DNA from: an uncultured Candidatus Binatia bacterium
GTDB taxonomy: Bacteria > Desulfobacterota > Binatia > UBA9968 > JAJDTQ01
Assembly (NCBI GenBank): GCA_965213675.1
Contig: OZ243916.1
Span: forward strand, 3,296,001 to 3,360,000
Direction: 5' to 3'
Length of the DNA: 64,000 bases
Position 1 is the first letter of the stretch. Each line of letters starts with the position of its first letter. The notes beneath the pieces were generated by a model. That model was given only the letters and a program-made list of their open reading frames with translations, searched no databases and had not been told where the DNA came from. The position numbers and the translations under genes are program-made. Below, piece after piece: positions 39,545-50,146 of the stretch.

Positions 39545-40042
39545 TTGGAACGAGTCGATCCGCAGGGCCTGGAGCTCAAGGAGAAGGTCATCCACATCAG
39601 CCGCGTGGCCAAGGTGGTCAAGGGCGGGCGGCGCTTCAGCTTCAATGCGTTGGTGGTGATAGGCGACGAGGCCTCGGTGGTCGGGTACGGACTGGGCAAG
39701 GCCAACGAGGTGCCCGAGGCGATTCGCAAGGGAGTCGAGCACGCGAAGAAGACGCTGCTGCGGGTGCCCCTGGTGGACGACAGTATTCCCTACGAGGTCA
39801 CGGGCCGGTACGGCGCCGGGCACGTGTTGCTCAAGCCCGCCGCCCCCGGAACCGGCGTCATTGCCGGCGCCGGCGTGCGCGCGGTGGTGGAGGCGGCGGG
39901 AATCCCCAACGTCCTGAGCAAGTGCATCGGCTCCAACAACCCGCACAACCTGGTCAAGGCGACGTTCGAAGCCCTGAAGCGCCTCAAGTCTCCGGAAGAG
40001 GTGTCGGTCTTGCGCGGCAAGCCGCTGGCCGAGATTCGATAA
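39545..40042 (+). CDS. rpsE: 30S ribosomal protein S5
   Basis: [14 protein letters not shown]. Confidence 0.98.
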   Translation: MERVDPQGLELKEKVIHISRVAKVVKGGRRFSFNALVVIGDEASVVGYGLGKANEVPEAIRKGVEHAKKTLLRVPLVDDSIPYEVTGRYGAGHVLLKPAAPGTGVIAGAGVRAVVEAAGIPNVLSKCIGSNNPHNLVKATFEALKRLKSPEEVSVLRGKPLAEIR

Positions 40043-40055
40043 GAGGGAACGGTTC

Positions 40056-40491
40056 ATGGATCTGAGCGAATTGCGCCCCCCGAAGGGGACGAAGCACGCC
40101 AAGAAGCGCGTGGGCCGGGGCGAGGCGTCCGGGACCGGCAAAACCAGCGGCCGCGGGCACAAGGGCCAGGGGTCCCGCTCCGGCGGGGGCGTGAGGCCCG
40201 GCTTCGAGGGCGGCCAGATGCCGCTCACCCGGCGTGTGCCCAAGCGCGGCTTCCACAACCTGTTCCGGACGGAATACACCCCCGTGAACCTCGACGGGCT
40301 CGGCGGTTTCGAGGCCGACGCGGAGGTTTCCCCCGAGACCCTGCGGGAGAAGGGGCTACTCAAGCGCGGCTTGGTGAAGATCCTGGGCCGCGGCGATATC
40401 GACAGGCCATTGACCGTCAGGGCGCACGGCTTCTCGCGTAGCGCGAAGCAGAAAATCGAGGCCGCGGGCGGCTCGGTCGAAGTTCTTTCTC

Positions 40492-40499
<8 letters not shown>
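40056..40499 (+). CDS. rplO: 50S ribosomal protein L15
   Basis: [16 protein letters not shown]. Confidence 0.98.
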
Positions 40500-41802
<1,303 letters not shown>

Positions 41803-41859
41803 AGGTGGGTTCCCGTACCGGGCCAGGGTTCGGCGGACGGGAATCGCGGATGATCGGGC

Positions 41860-42618
41860 ATGATCTATCTCAAGTCTCGCGCCGAAATCGACATCATGCG
41901 CCGCGTCAACGTGATCGTGGCGGAGGTGCTGGCGGTCCTGAAGGAGACGGCGCGGCCGGGCATGACGACCTTGGAACTAGACGAGTTGGCGGAGCGGCTG
42001 ACGCATGAGAAGGGAGCCAGACCCGCGTTCAAGGGATACGAGGTCGCCGGCAGAGTGTTCAGGCACAGCTTGTGCACCTCCGTCAACGAAGAGATCGTCC
42101 ACGGCGTTCCTTCGAATCGCGTTCTCAAGGAAGGCGACATCCTGGGGATGGACTTCGGGGTGGTGTACGAGGGTTTTTACGGCGACTCGGCGGTGACAGT
42201 GGGCCTGGGCCAGGTGAGTCCCGAGGCGGAGCGGCTCATGCGCGTCACCGAGACCGCTCTGACCGAAGGCATCGAAATGATGCGCGAGGGCAATCGGCTG
42301 GGAGACCTGGGGAGCGCCATTCAGGGCATTGCCGAGGGTTCGGGCTACTCGGTGGTGCGCGAGTTCGTGGGTCACGGCATCGGCAAGAAGCTGCACGAGG
42401 AGCCGCCGGTTCCCAACTACGGCGAGGCGGGCAAGGGGCAACGGCTGCGCGCCGGAATGGTACTGGCGGTGGAACCCATGGTCAACGCGGGGAAGAAGGA
42501 AGTCGCGATCCTGGAAGACGGCTGGACGGCCGTGACCCGTGACCGGAGCCTCGCAGCTCATTTCGAGCATTCCATCGCCGTGACCGCGGATGGCCCGTAC
42601 GTGCTGAGCCGGCTGTAG
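41860..42618 (+). CDS. map: Methionine aminopeptidase type I
   Basis: [28 protein letters not shown]. Confidence 0.97.
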   Translation: MIYLKSRAEIDIMRRVNVIVAEVLAVLKETARPGMTTLELDELAERLTHEKGARPAFKGYEVAGRVFRHSLCTSVNEEIVHGVPSNRVLKEGDILGMDFGVVYEGFYGDSAVTVGLGQVSPEAERLMRVTETALTEGIEMMREGNRLGDLGSAIQGIAEGSGYSVVREFVGHGIGKKLHEEPPVPNYGEAGKGQRLRAGMVLAVEPMVNAGKKEVAILEDGWTAVTRDRSLAAHFEHSIAVTADGPYVLSRL

Positions 42619-42628
42619 GAGATCGGAA

Positions 42629-42742
42629 GTGAAGGTAAGAGCATCGGTCAAGAAGATCTGCAACAAGTGCAAAGTGGTTCGGCGCAAGGGGACCGTACGA
42701 GTCATCTGCGTCACCCGCAAGCACGCCCAGCGGCAGGGGTAG
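42629..42742 (+). CDS. rpmJ: 50S ribosomal protein L36 (Zn-binding)
   Basis: Read manually: [37 protein letters not shown]. Confidence 0.95.
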   Translation: MKVRASVKKICNKCKVVRRKGTVRVICVTRKHAQRQG

Positions 42743-42770
42743 CTCCAGCCGCGGTTTCGCAGGAGGAGTC

Positions 42771-43154
42771 ATGGCACGTATTGCTGGGGTGGACCTGCCC
42801 AGGAACAAGAGCATGGATGTCGCGCTGACCTATATCTACGGCATCGGCGCCAGCACGTCCCGGAACATTCTGAAGGAAGCGGGGATCGCGTTCCAACTCA
42901 AGTCCGATGACCTCACGGACGACCAAGTGGTGGTGATACGCCGGATCATCGACCAGGAAATCAAGGTGGAAGGCGATCTGCGACGCGACATCACCACGGA
43001 CATCAAGCGCCACATGGACATCGGCACCTATCGCGGACTGAGACACCGGCGCGGCCTTCCGGTCAGGGGGCAGCGCACCCATACCAACGGACGCACCCGC
43101 ATGGGACCCCGGCGGACCATCGCCGGCAAGAGGAAACCGCCGTCCAAGGGTTAG
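42771..43154 (+). CDS. rpsM: 30S ribosomal protein S13
   Basis: [19 protein letters not shown]. Confidence 0.98.
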   Translation: MARIAGVDLPRNKSMDVALTYIYGIGASTSRNILKEAGIAFQLKSDDLTDDQVVVIRRIIDQEIKVEGDLRRDITTDIKRHMDIGTYRGLRHRRGLPVRGQRTHTNGRTRMGPRRTIAGKRKPPSKG

Positions 43155-43189
43155 TGGCTCGACGAGCATAAACCGGAACAGGAGCATTC

Positions 43190-43600
43190 ATGGCCCAAGC
43201 CGCGAAGAGAGCGCGTGACGCGCGGGCGCCGAGGAAACGGCGCGGACGAAAGAACATCGCCGAGGGGGTGGCGCACATTCACTCCACCTTCAACAATACG
43301 ATCATCACCATCACCGACACCCAGGGCAACGTGGTGACGTGGTCGAGCGCGGGCGCCATCGGCTTCAAGGGGTCGCGCAAGGGCACCCCTTTCGCGGCGC
43401 AGCAGGCCGCGGACAACGTCGCGCGCAAGGCCATGGATCATGGCATGCATTCCATACAGGTCTACGTGCGCGGCCCCGGTTCGGCGCGGGAGTCGGCGTT
43501 GAGATCGCTTCAGTCAGCGGGATTGAACGTGAGTCTGATCAAGGACGTGACCCCTATTCCGCATAACGGCTGCCGGCCGCCCAAGCGCAGGCGCGTGTGA
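43190..43600 (+). CDS. rpsK: 30S ribosomal protein S11
   Basis: [21 protein letters not shown]. Confidence 0.98.
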   Translation: MAQAAKRARDARAPRKRRGRKNIAEGVAHIHSTFNNTIITITDTQGNVVTWSSAGAIGFKGSRKGTPFAAQQAADNVARKAMDHGMHSIQVYVRGPGSARESALRSLQSAGLNVSLIKDVTPIPHNGCRPPKRRRV

Positions 43601-43613
43601 GAGGAGATCGTTA

Positions 43614-44240
43614 GTGGCAAGGTATCATGGCCCGGTGTGCCGGCTGTGCCGGCGAGAGAACATGAAGCTGTTTCTCAAGGGAGAGCGGTGCTACACGGAC
43701 AAGTGCGCCATCGAGCGGCGCAACTATCCTCCAGGCCAGCATGGACAGCGGCGGATCAAGTTTTCCGAGTACAGCCTCCAACTCCGGGAGAAGCAGAAGG
43801 TCAAGCGCATGTACGGGCTGCTCGAAAAGCAGTTCAAGGGAAGCTTCGAGAGCGCGGAAAAATCCCGCGGCATCACCGGCGAGAGTCTGCTGGTGATCCT
43901 GGAAAGACGGCTCGACAACGTGGTTTACCGCCTCGGCTTCGCGTGTTCCCGGGGAGATGCCCGCCTTCTTGTGCGGCACGGCCACGTGCGGGTGAATGGC
44001 CGCCGGGTGACCATTCCTTCCTTTCGTGTGGGTGTCGGAGACGTGGTGGCTGTGGCGGAGAAGAGCCGCAAGTCCGAGCGCGTGCTCACCGCCATGGAAG
44101 GATCCCAGAGGCGCGGTGTGCCTGACTGGATCGAGGTGGACCGGGAGAATTTCTCCGGAACGGTCAAGATGCTCCCGAGCCGCGGCGATATCACGACGCC
44201 CATCAACGAAAAGCTCATCGTTGAGCTGTATTCCAAGTAA
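43614..44240 (+). CDS. rpsD: 30S ribosomal protein S4 (Zn-ribbon type)
   Basis: [31 protein letters not shown]. Confidence 0.98.
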   Translation: MARYHGPVCRLCRRENMKLFLKGERCYTDKCAIERRNYPPGQHGQRRIKFSEYSLQLREKQKVKRMYGLLEKQFKGSFESAEKSRGITGESLLVILERRLDNVVYRLGFACSRGDARLLVRHGHVRVNGRRVTIPSFRVGVGDVVAVAEKSRKSERVLTAMEGSQRRGVPDWIEVDRENFSGTVKMLPSRGDITTPINEKLIVELYSK

Positions 44241-44267
44241 TCAGCGGTGAACCGTGTTGGAGATCCC

Positions 44268-45293
44268 ATGTCCAAGCACTGGAGCGAACTGATCAAGCCG
44301 GAGAGCGTCGAGGTCGACGAGAAGAGCCACAGTTCGACCTACGGGAAGTTTGTCGGCGAACCCTTCGAACGCGGCTTCGGTCAGACCATCGGCAACAGTC
44401 TGCGCCGCATCCTGCTTTCGTCGCTCAGGGGCGCCGCCATCACATCCGTCCAGATCGAGAGCGCGCTGCACGAGTTTTCCACGATCCCGGGCGCTACGGA
44501 GGATGTGTCCGAAATCATCCTGAACCTCAAGGAGGTGCGGCTCAAGCTGCACAACACCGACCGGGAGGTCGTTCGTATCGACGCCACGGGACCCAAGGAG
44601 GTGCTGGCGGGGGATATCGTCCGGAGTGCGCAAGTGGAAGTACTCAACCCGGAGCACCGCATCGCGTCCCTTTCCAGGGAGGCGAGCCTGAATGCGAACA
44701 TGGTGGTGCGAACGGGTCAGGGATACGTACCCGCGGAGCGTAACCGGGAAGAAGAGCTGCCCGTGGACACGATCTTCATGGATGCCGTGTTCTCACCCAT
44801 TCGCAAGGTCAATTTCACGGTGACCAACGCACGGGTCGGCCAGCGCACGGACTACGACAAGCTGGTTCTGGAAGTGTGGACCGACGGCAGTGAGAAGCCT
44901 GAGGATGCGCTCGCCTACGCCGCGCGGATTCTGCAGGACCAGGTTGCCATCTTCGCCGACTTCGCCGAGGGCCCCCAGATGGTGGAGGTCGAGGCAGTGG
45001 CGGAGGGCCGCGCGCTCAACGAGAACCTCTTCTGCACGGTGGACGAACTGCAATGTCTGTCAGTGCGCGCGCACAACTGCCTGCAGAACGCCAACTTGAA
45101 GTACATCGGCGAGTTGGTGCAGAAGACCGAGCAGGACATGCTCAGGACCAAGAATTTCGGGCGGAAGTCCCTCAACGAGATCAAGGAGAAGCTTGGCGAG
45201 TTGGGGCTGGAGTTGGGAATGAAACTGGACCACTTCCCGAGCCGCGAAGAACTGGATGCCCGCAAGCAGGCCGAGCAGAAGGAGACAGCGTAG
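44268..45293 (+). CDS. rpoA: RNA polymerase alpha subunit
   Basis: [30 protein letters not shown]. Confidence 0.98.
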   Translation: MSKHWSELIKPESVEVDEKSHSSTYGKFVGEPFERGFGQTIGNSLRRILLSSLRGAAITSVQIESALHEFSTIPGATEDVSEIILNLKEVRLKLHNTDREVVRIDATGPKEVLAGDIVRSAQVEVLNPEHRIASLSREASLNANMVVRTGQGYVPAERNREEELPVDTIFMDAVFSPIRKVNFTVTNARVGQRTDYDKLVLEVWTDGSEKPEDALAYAARILQDQVAIFADFAEGPQMVEVEAVAEGRALNENLFCTVDELQCLSVRAHNCLQNANLKYIGELVQKTEQDMLRTKNFGRKSLNEIKEKLGELGLELGMKLDHFPSREELDARKQAEQKETA

Positions 45294-45296
45294 GCC

Positions 45297-45713
45297 ATGC
45301 GGCACTTGAAGAGCGGCAGAAAACTGAACCGTAGCGCGAGTCACCGGCACGCCTTGTGGCGCAACATGACCACCTCGCTGTTGCGGCACGATCGCATCAC
45401 CACCACCGACGCAAAGGCCAAGGAACTGAGGCGTTGGACTGACTGGCTGATCACCCTCGGCAAGGACGGAAGCCTCCACGCCCGGCGCCAGGCGCTGGCC
45501 TTCGTTCAGGACAAGGCCGTCGTGGCGCGTTTGTTCAACGAGCTGGGACCGCGTTTTCGCGACCGCCACGGAGGCTACACGCGGGTCGTGAAGGTGGGCC
45601 GCCGCCGGGGCGACGCGGCGCCGCTGTCCATCATCGAGTTGATACCGGCCGCCGGCGAGGCGACGGCGGGCGGTGACGCGGCCGGCGCGCCGTCCACGAC
45701 GAGCGGAACCTGA
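45297..45713 (+). CDS. rplQ: 50S ribosomal protein L17
   Basis: MRH..GRKLNR, GGYTR. Confidence 0.97.
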   Translation: MRHLKSGRKLNRSASHRHALWRNMTTSLLRHDRITTTDAKAKELRRWTDWLITLGKDGSLHARRQALAFVQDKAVVARLFNELGPRFRDRHGGYTRVVKVGRRRGDAAPLSIIELIPAAGEATAGGDAAGAPSTTSGT

Positions 45714-45795
45714 GAGACGCTCCCTCGCCACCGCGCGCCGCGGCCGCGGGCCGTGCCCACCGGCAACCGTTGGAATGCGCCGTTCAGGGGTGTCT

Positions 45796-46326
45796 ATGGC
45801 CAACCATCGAAACGCGACCGCCCGCGGCAACGTCTACTTCAGCCGCGGGCAGCTCTTCGGCGTAGCCACGCTGTTCGTGGGCGTGGCGGCCGTTGTTTTC
45901 TTCTTCGGTATCCTCATCGGACAGAGCATCGAGGAGCGCAAGCTTGCCGGCGAGGGTTACGCCGGGATTACGGTCCCGGTGAGCCCGGGCGCGCCCGGCG
46001 ACGACCAGGAGTTGACCTTCTACGACACGTTGACCAAGACGGCTCCGCCCAAGGCCGGCGCGCCTGTCCAGATCCCGCCGGCCGAAGAAGTCAAGACTCC
46101 ATGGACCGTGCAGGTGGCCGCCGCGGAAACCCGGGCGAAAGCCGACAGCATGGTGGCGAAGCTGAAGGAGCGCGGCTACGAGGCGTACGTCACGTCCGGG
46201 CAACTCAACCGAAGGACCTTTTATCGCGTTCGGGTAGGACGGTACCGGAACCGCCAGGAGGCCATGGTGGATCTTCAGCGGCTCAAGAAGGACAAGTACG
46301 ACCCGATGATCATGGGGACCCAATGA
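45796..46326 (+). CDS. SPOR domain membrane protein (FtsN/DedD-like)
   Basis: N-terminal TM, LTFYDTL motif, [15 protein letters not shown]. Confidence 0.8.
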   Translation: MANHRNATARGNVYFSRGQLFGVATLFVGVAAVVFFFGILIGQSIEERKLAGEGYAGITVPVSPGAPGDDQELTFYDTLTKTAPPKAGAPVQIPPAEEVKTPWTVQVAAAETRAKADSMVAKLKERGYEAYVTSGQLNRRTFYRVRVGRYRNRQEAMVDLQRLKKDKYDPMIMGTQ

Positions 46327-47339
46327 ACATCCAGCAAGCCATAACCCGCCTGGTGGACGGCGCCGACCTCAACGAGTCGGAGATGGTGGATGTCATGAAC
46401 CAGGTCATGACGGGCGCGGCGACACCGATTCAGGTGGCGGGTTTCCTGACCGCGTTGCGCATCCAGGGCGAGACCGTGGAGGAGGTCACGGGCGCCGCCC
46501 GGGTGATGCGCGAGAAGGCGTTGCGCGTGGAGGCGGGTCCGGGCTGCGTGCTGGATACCTGCGGCACGGGCGGCGACGGCAAGAACACCTTCAACATCTC
46601 CACCACGGTGGCGTTCGTGGTGGCTGCCGCGGGCATCACCGTCGCCAAGCACGGCAACCGGGCGGTGTCCAGCGGGTCCGGCAGCGCGGACGTCCTGGGC
46701 GCTCTCGGGGTCCGGATCGACGTTCCCAGGGAAACGGTGGAACGCTGCCTGCGCGAGGTCGGTCTGGGGTTTCTGTTCGCGCCGATGATGCACGAGGCCA
46801 TGAAGTACGCCGTGGCTCCGCGCCGCGAGCTGGGCATACGGACCATCTTCAACCTCCTGGGTCCTCTGACCAACCCGGCCAGGGCCAGCCATCAGCTCCT
46901 GGGCATCTATGACGGCGCGCTCATCGGAACCGTGGCGCAAGTCCTTGGCAACCTCGGCAGCGACCGGGCCATGGTGGTGCACGGCGACGAAGGCCTCGAC
47001 GAAATATCGCTCGGTGGCCCCACGTCGGTGGCGGAATGGAAGGATGGGGCGGTGGCCCGCTACACGCTTCACCCCGGAGAATTCGGCTTCGAGACGTGTC
47101 CGGCCGAGCGCCTCACCGCCGCCGACCCGGCGGAATGCGCCGCCATCGTGACAGCGATTCTCAAGGGTGAAGCGGGACCGGCGCGGGATGTCGTGCTGCT
47201 CAACAGCGGCGCGGCGCTGTGCGTGAGCGAGCGCGCGGAGACCATCGCCCAAGGCATCGACGTGGCGCGGGAGTGCATCGATTCGGGAGCCGCCATGGGA
47301 AAGCTCGAACACCTGATCCGGCTGACCAATGAAGCATGA
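46323..47339 (+). CDS. trpD: Anthranilate phosphoribosyltransferase
   Basis: DTCGTGGDG, NISTT, KHGNR, RTIFNLLGPLTNP. Confidence 0.97.
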   Translation: MNIQQAITRLVDGADLNESEMVDVMNQVMTGAATPIQVAGFLTALRIQGETVEEVTGAARVMREKALRVEAGPGCVLDTCGTGGDGKNTFNISTTVAFVVAAAGITVAKHGNRAVSSGSGSADVLGALGVRIDVPRETVERCLREVGLGFLFAPMMHEAMKYAVAPRRELGIRTIFNLLGPLTNPARASHQLLGIYDGALIGTVAQVLGNLGSDRAMVVHGDEGLDEISLGGPTSVAEWKDGAVARYTLHPGEFGFETCPAERLTAADPAECAAIVTAILKGEAGPARDVVLLNSGAALCVSERAETIAQGIDVARECIDSGAAMGKLEHLIRLTNEA

Positions 47340-48156
47340 CGGCGTTCAGCCCTCCGCCCACGACATTCTCCAGCGGATCGCGACGCATGTCCGCGCCGGG
47401 CTTGAGTCCCGCCGCCGCGAACGCCCGCCCGAAGCGCTGGCGGACCGCGCGCTCTACCAGGAACCGCGCCGGGGCTTCCGCGAGGCGCTGTCACGCCCGG
47501 GCCGGCACGTCATCGCCGAGGTCAAGCGGGCTTCGCCCTCCCAGGGGGTGATCCGTGAGGACTTCGAACCCGTTGGCATCGCCACGCGCTATGAAGCCAG
47601 CGGCGCCGCCGCGCTTTCGGTGGTCACCGAGGAACGCTTCTTTGACGGCTCCCTGCGCTACCTGTCGGACATCCGGGAGAAGGTCGCGCTGCCGCTCCTC
47701 AGGAAGGACTTCGTGCTGGACCCCTACCAGCTCGTGGAGGCCCGCGGCTTCGGCGCCGACGCCGTCCTGCTCATCGCCGCCATGCTCGATGAAGGCGCCA
47801 TGGAATCGCTGCACGCCGAAGCGCGCTCCCTGGCCCTGGACGTGCTGGTGGAGGTGCACTCGGAGCGCGAGCTGGAGAGCGCCGTGCGCATCGGCGCGTC
47901 GATCATCGGCATCAACAACCGCGACCTGCGCACCTTCGAAGTGGATCTCGCAGTGGCCGAAGCGCTTCTGCCCCGCATACCGCCGGACGCCGTGGCGGTA
48001 TGCGAGAGCGGCATCAAGGACGTGGCTCACGTCGAGCGGATCGAGGCGGCCGGCGGCCGGGTGTTCCTGGTGGGTGAAACGCTGATGCGCGCCCCCGATC
48101 CGGGCGTCAAGCTCGCGGAGCTTCTGGGAACGGCCGCCGTCCATGGTCAAGGTTAA
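47329..48156 (+). CDS. trpC: Indole-3-glycerol phosphate synthase
   Basis: IAEVKRASPSQG, LRKDF, GINNRDL. Confidence 0.97.
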   Translation: MKHDGVQPSAHDILQRIATHVRAGLESRRRERPPEALADRALYQEPRRGFREALSRPGRHVIAEVKRASPSQGVIREDFEPVGIATRYEASGAAALSVVTEERFFDGSLRYLSDIREKVALPLLRKDFVLDPYQLVEARGFGADAVLLIAAMLDEGAMESLHAEARSLALDVLVEVHSERELESAVRIGASIIGINNRDLRTFEVDLAVAEALLPRIPPDAVAVCESGIKDVAHVERIEAAGGRVFLVGETLMRAPDPGVKLAELLGTAAVHGQG

Positions 48157-48766
48157 GATCTGCGGCATTACCAACGCCGCCGACGCGTTCAAGGCGGTGG
48201 AGTACGGCGCCGACGCGTTGGGCTTCAACTTCTATCCGCCGAGTCCCCGCTACATCGAGCCGGAAGACGCCGCCGGGATCCTCCGGGACCTGCCCGCCGG
48301 CATTTGCGCCGCCGGTCTCTTCGTCAACGAGTCGCGCCAGCACGTGAAGGCCGCGCTCCGGTCATGCCGCTCCAAGGGCGGCCCGGGCCTCACCGCGGTG
48401 CAGTTCCACGGCGACGAAGAGCGCGACTACTGTGCGCGCTGGCCTCTCAAGGTGATCAAGGCGTTTCGCGTGCGCGACCCGGAGACCCTGGCACGGATCG
48501 GCGAATATCCGGCGGACTACTACCTGCTCGATTCCTGGAGCGAAGGCTTTGGCGGTTCGGGCGCCGCGTTCACCTGGAGCTGGCTGACAGTTCCGCTGGC
48601 GCGTCCGGTCATTCTCGCCGGCGGGCTCGGGGTGGACAACGTGGGCGCCGCGGTGCGCGCGCTCGAACCCTTCGGCGTGGACGTGTGCACCGGAGTCGAA
48701 GCCGCTCCCGGCCGCAAGGACCCCCTGCGCATGAAGGCGTTCATCGCGGCGGCCAAGGCGGGGTGA
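48143..48766 (+). CDS. trpF: Phosphoribosylanthranilate isomerase
   Basis: VKICGIT, QFHGDE, ILAGGL. Confidence 0.96.
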   Translation: MVKVKICGITNAADAFKAVEYGADALGFNFYPPSPRYIEPEDAAGILRDLPAGICAAGLFVNESRQHVKAALRSCRSKGGPGLTAVQFHGDEERDYCARWPLKVIKAFRVRDPETLARIGEYPADYYLLDSWSEGFGGSGAAFTWSWLTVPLARPVILAGGLGVDNVGAAVRALEPFGVDVCTGVEAAPGRKDPLRMKAFIAAAKAG

Positions 48767-48773
48767 GCCCGTC

Positions 48774-50117
48774 GTGAACGCCTACCGGAAGAGTCTCGAT
48801 TTCATCTTCAATCTGAGCGGGCGCGAGACCGACCTGCGGCTCGACCTGCGGCTCGAACGCGTGTCCGCGGCCCTGGCGCTCTTCGACCATCCCCAGCACC
48901 GCTTCCGCGTTTGTCACGTCGCCGGGACCAACGGCAAGGGCTCCACCGCGGCGATGATCCACGCCGTGCTGTCGGCTCAGGGCCATCGCGTAGGTCTCTA
49001 CACCTCGCCGCACCTCGAGTCGTTCACCGAACGGATCCGCGTCGGCAGGCGGCCCATCCCCCAGGCCGCGGTGGTCGCCCTGGTGCGAGAAGTCGCCGAA
49101 AGGACCCGGTACGCCGACATCGCGCTCTCGTTCTTTGAATTCGTCACGGTCATGGCATTCCTGCACTTCGCCCGGCAGGAGGTGGACGGCGCGGTGGTGG
49201 AGGTGGGGCTGGGGGGCAGGTTGGATGCCACCAACGTCGTCCGGCCGAGCGTTTGTGTGGTGACCACCATCTCCCGGGACCACGAACGCTTCCTCGGCAC
49301 ACGCATCGGCGACATCGCCCGGGAGAAGGGCGGCATCATCAAACCCGGAGTCCCCGTGGTGTTCGGCGCTTTGCCGCCGGCCGCCAGGCGCGCGCTGCGG
49401 CGCATCGCCCGCGAACGGGAAGCGCCCATGCGCGAGTGGGGCAAGGACTTCTCGGTGGCGCCGCGCCTGCCGGACCGGTTCGATTACCACGGCCGCGAGT
49501 GGCGTCTGGAAGGTCTGCGCCTGGGCGTGCGCGGCGAATATCAACGGCACAATGCGGCGGTCGCGCTGGCGGCGCTGGAAGCCCTGAACGGGGTCCTGCC
49601 GGCGGCCGCGAAGGCGGTCCGCGCCGGCCTTGCGTCGGTGCGCTGGCCCGGGCGCCTGGAGCTTTTGCCGGGTACACCCCCGGTGCTGCTGGACGGGGCG
49701 CACAATCCGGGCGGCGTCCACACCCTGGTGCGCGAAATTCCCGGTCTCCTCGGCTTTGGCAGGGTGCGCCTCCTGTTCGCCAGCATGGGGGACAAGGGCT
49801 GGCGGTCCATGCTGCGGGCGCTCTGCGCCGTGTCCCGGGAGGTGGTGCTGACGCGCAACCCGTCCGCGCGGGGGGCGGCGCCGGAGACCCTGCGCGCAGC
49901 GGTGCCGCGGGGGTTGCCGGTGACGGTGGTGGAAGACCCCGCCGAAGCCATCTTCGGGTTGATGGCGCACCGCCAGGGGCGCGACGATCCGGTGCTCGTG
50001 ACCGGATCATTGTATCTCGTGGGGGCTGTGCGCGCGGCCGTGTTACACTATCGGTCCGGCCAGGTTGCCGAGGTCGGGACGCAGGCCGGCACGGGCGGAC
50101 AGGGTCCGCGCCGGTAG
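48774..50117 (+). CDS. folC: Bifunctional folylpolyglutamate/dihydrofolate synthase
   Basis: HVAGTNGKGS, YTSPHL, EVGLGGRLDATN, LDGAHN. Confidence 0.96.
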   Translation: MNAYRKSLDFIFNLSGRETDLRLDLRLERVSAALALFDHPQHRFRVCHVAGTNGKGSTAAMIHAVLSAQGHRVGLYTSPHLESFTERIRVGRRPIPQAAVVALVREVAERTRYADIALSFFEFVTVMAFLHFARQEVDGAVVEVGLGGRLDATNVVRPSVCVVTTISRDHERFLGTRIGDIAREKGGIIKPGVPVVFGALPPAARRALRRIAREREAPMREWGKDFSVAPRLPDRFDYHGREWRLEGLRLGVRGEYQRHNAAVALAALEALNGVLPAAAKAVRAGLASVRWPGRLELLPGTPPVLLDGAHNPGGVHTLVREIPGLLGFGRVRLLFASMGDKGWRSMLRALCAVSREVVLTRNPSARGAAPETLRAAVPRGLPVTVVEDPAEAIFGLMAHRQGRDDPVLVTGSLYLVGAVRAAVLHYRSGQVAEVGTQAGTGGQGPRR

Positions 50118-50146
50118 CGGCGCGGCGTGAGTCGGCGGCATCGATC

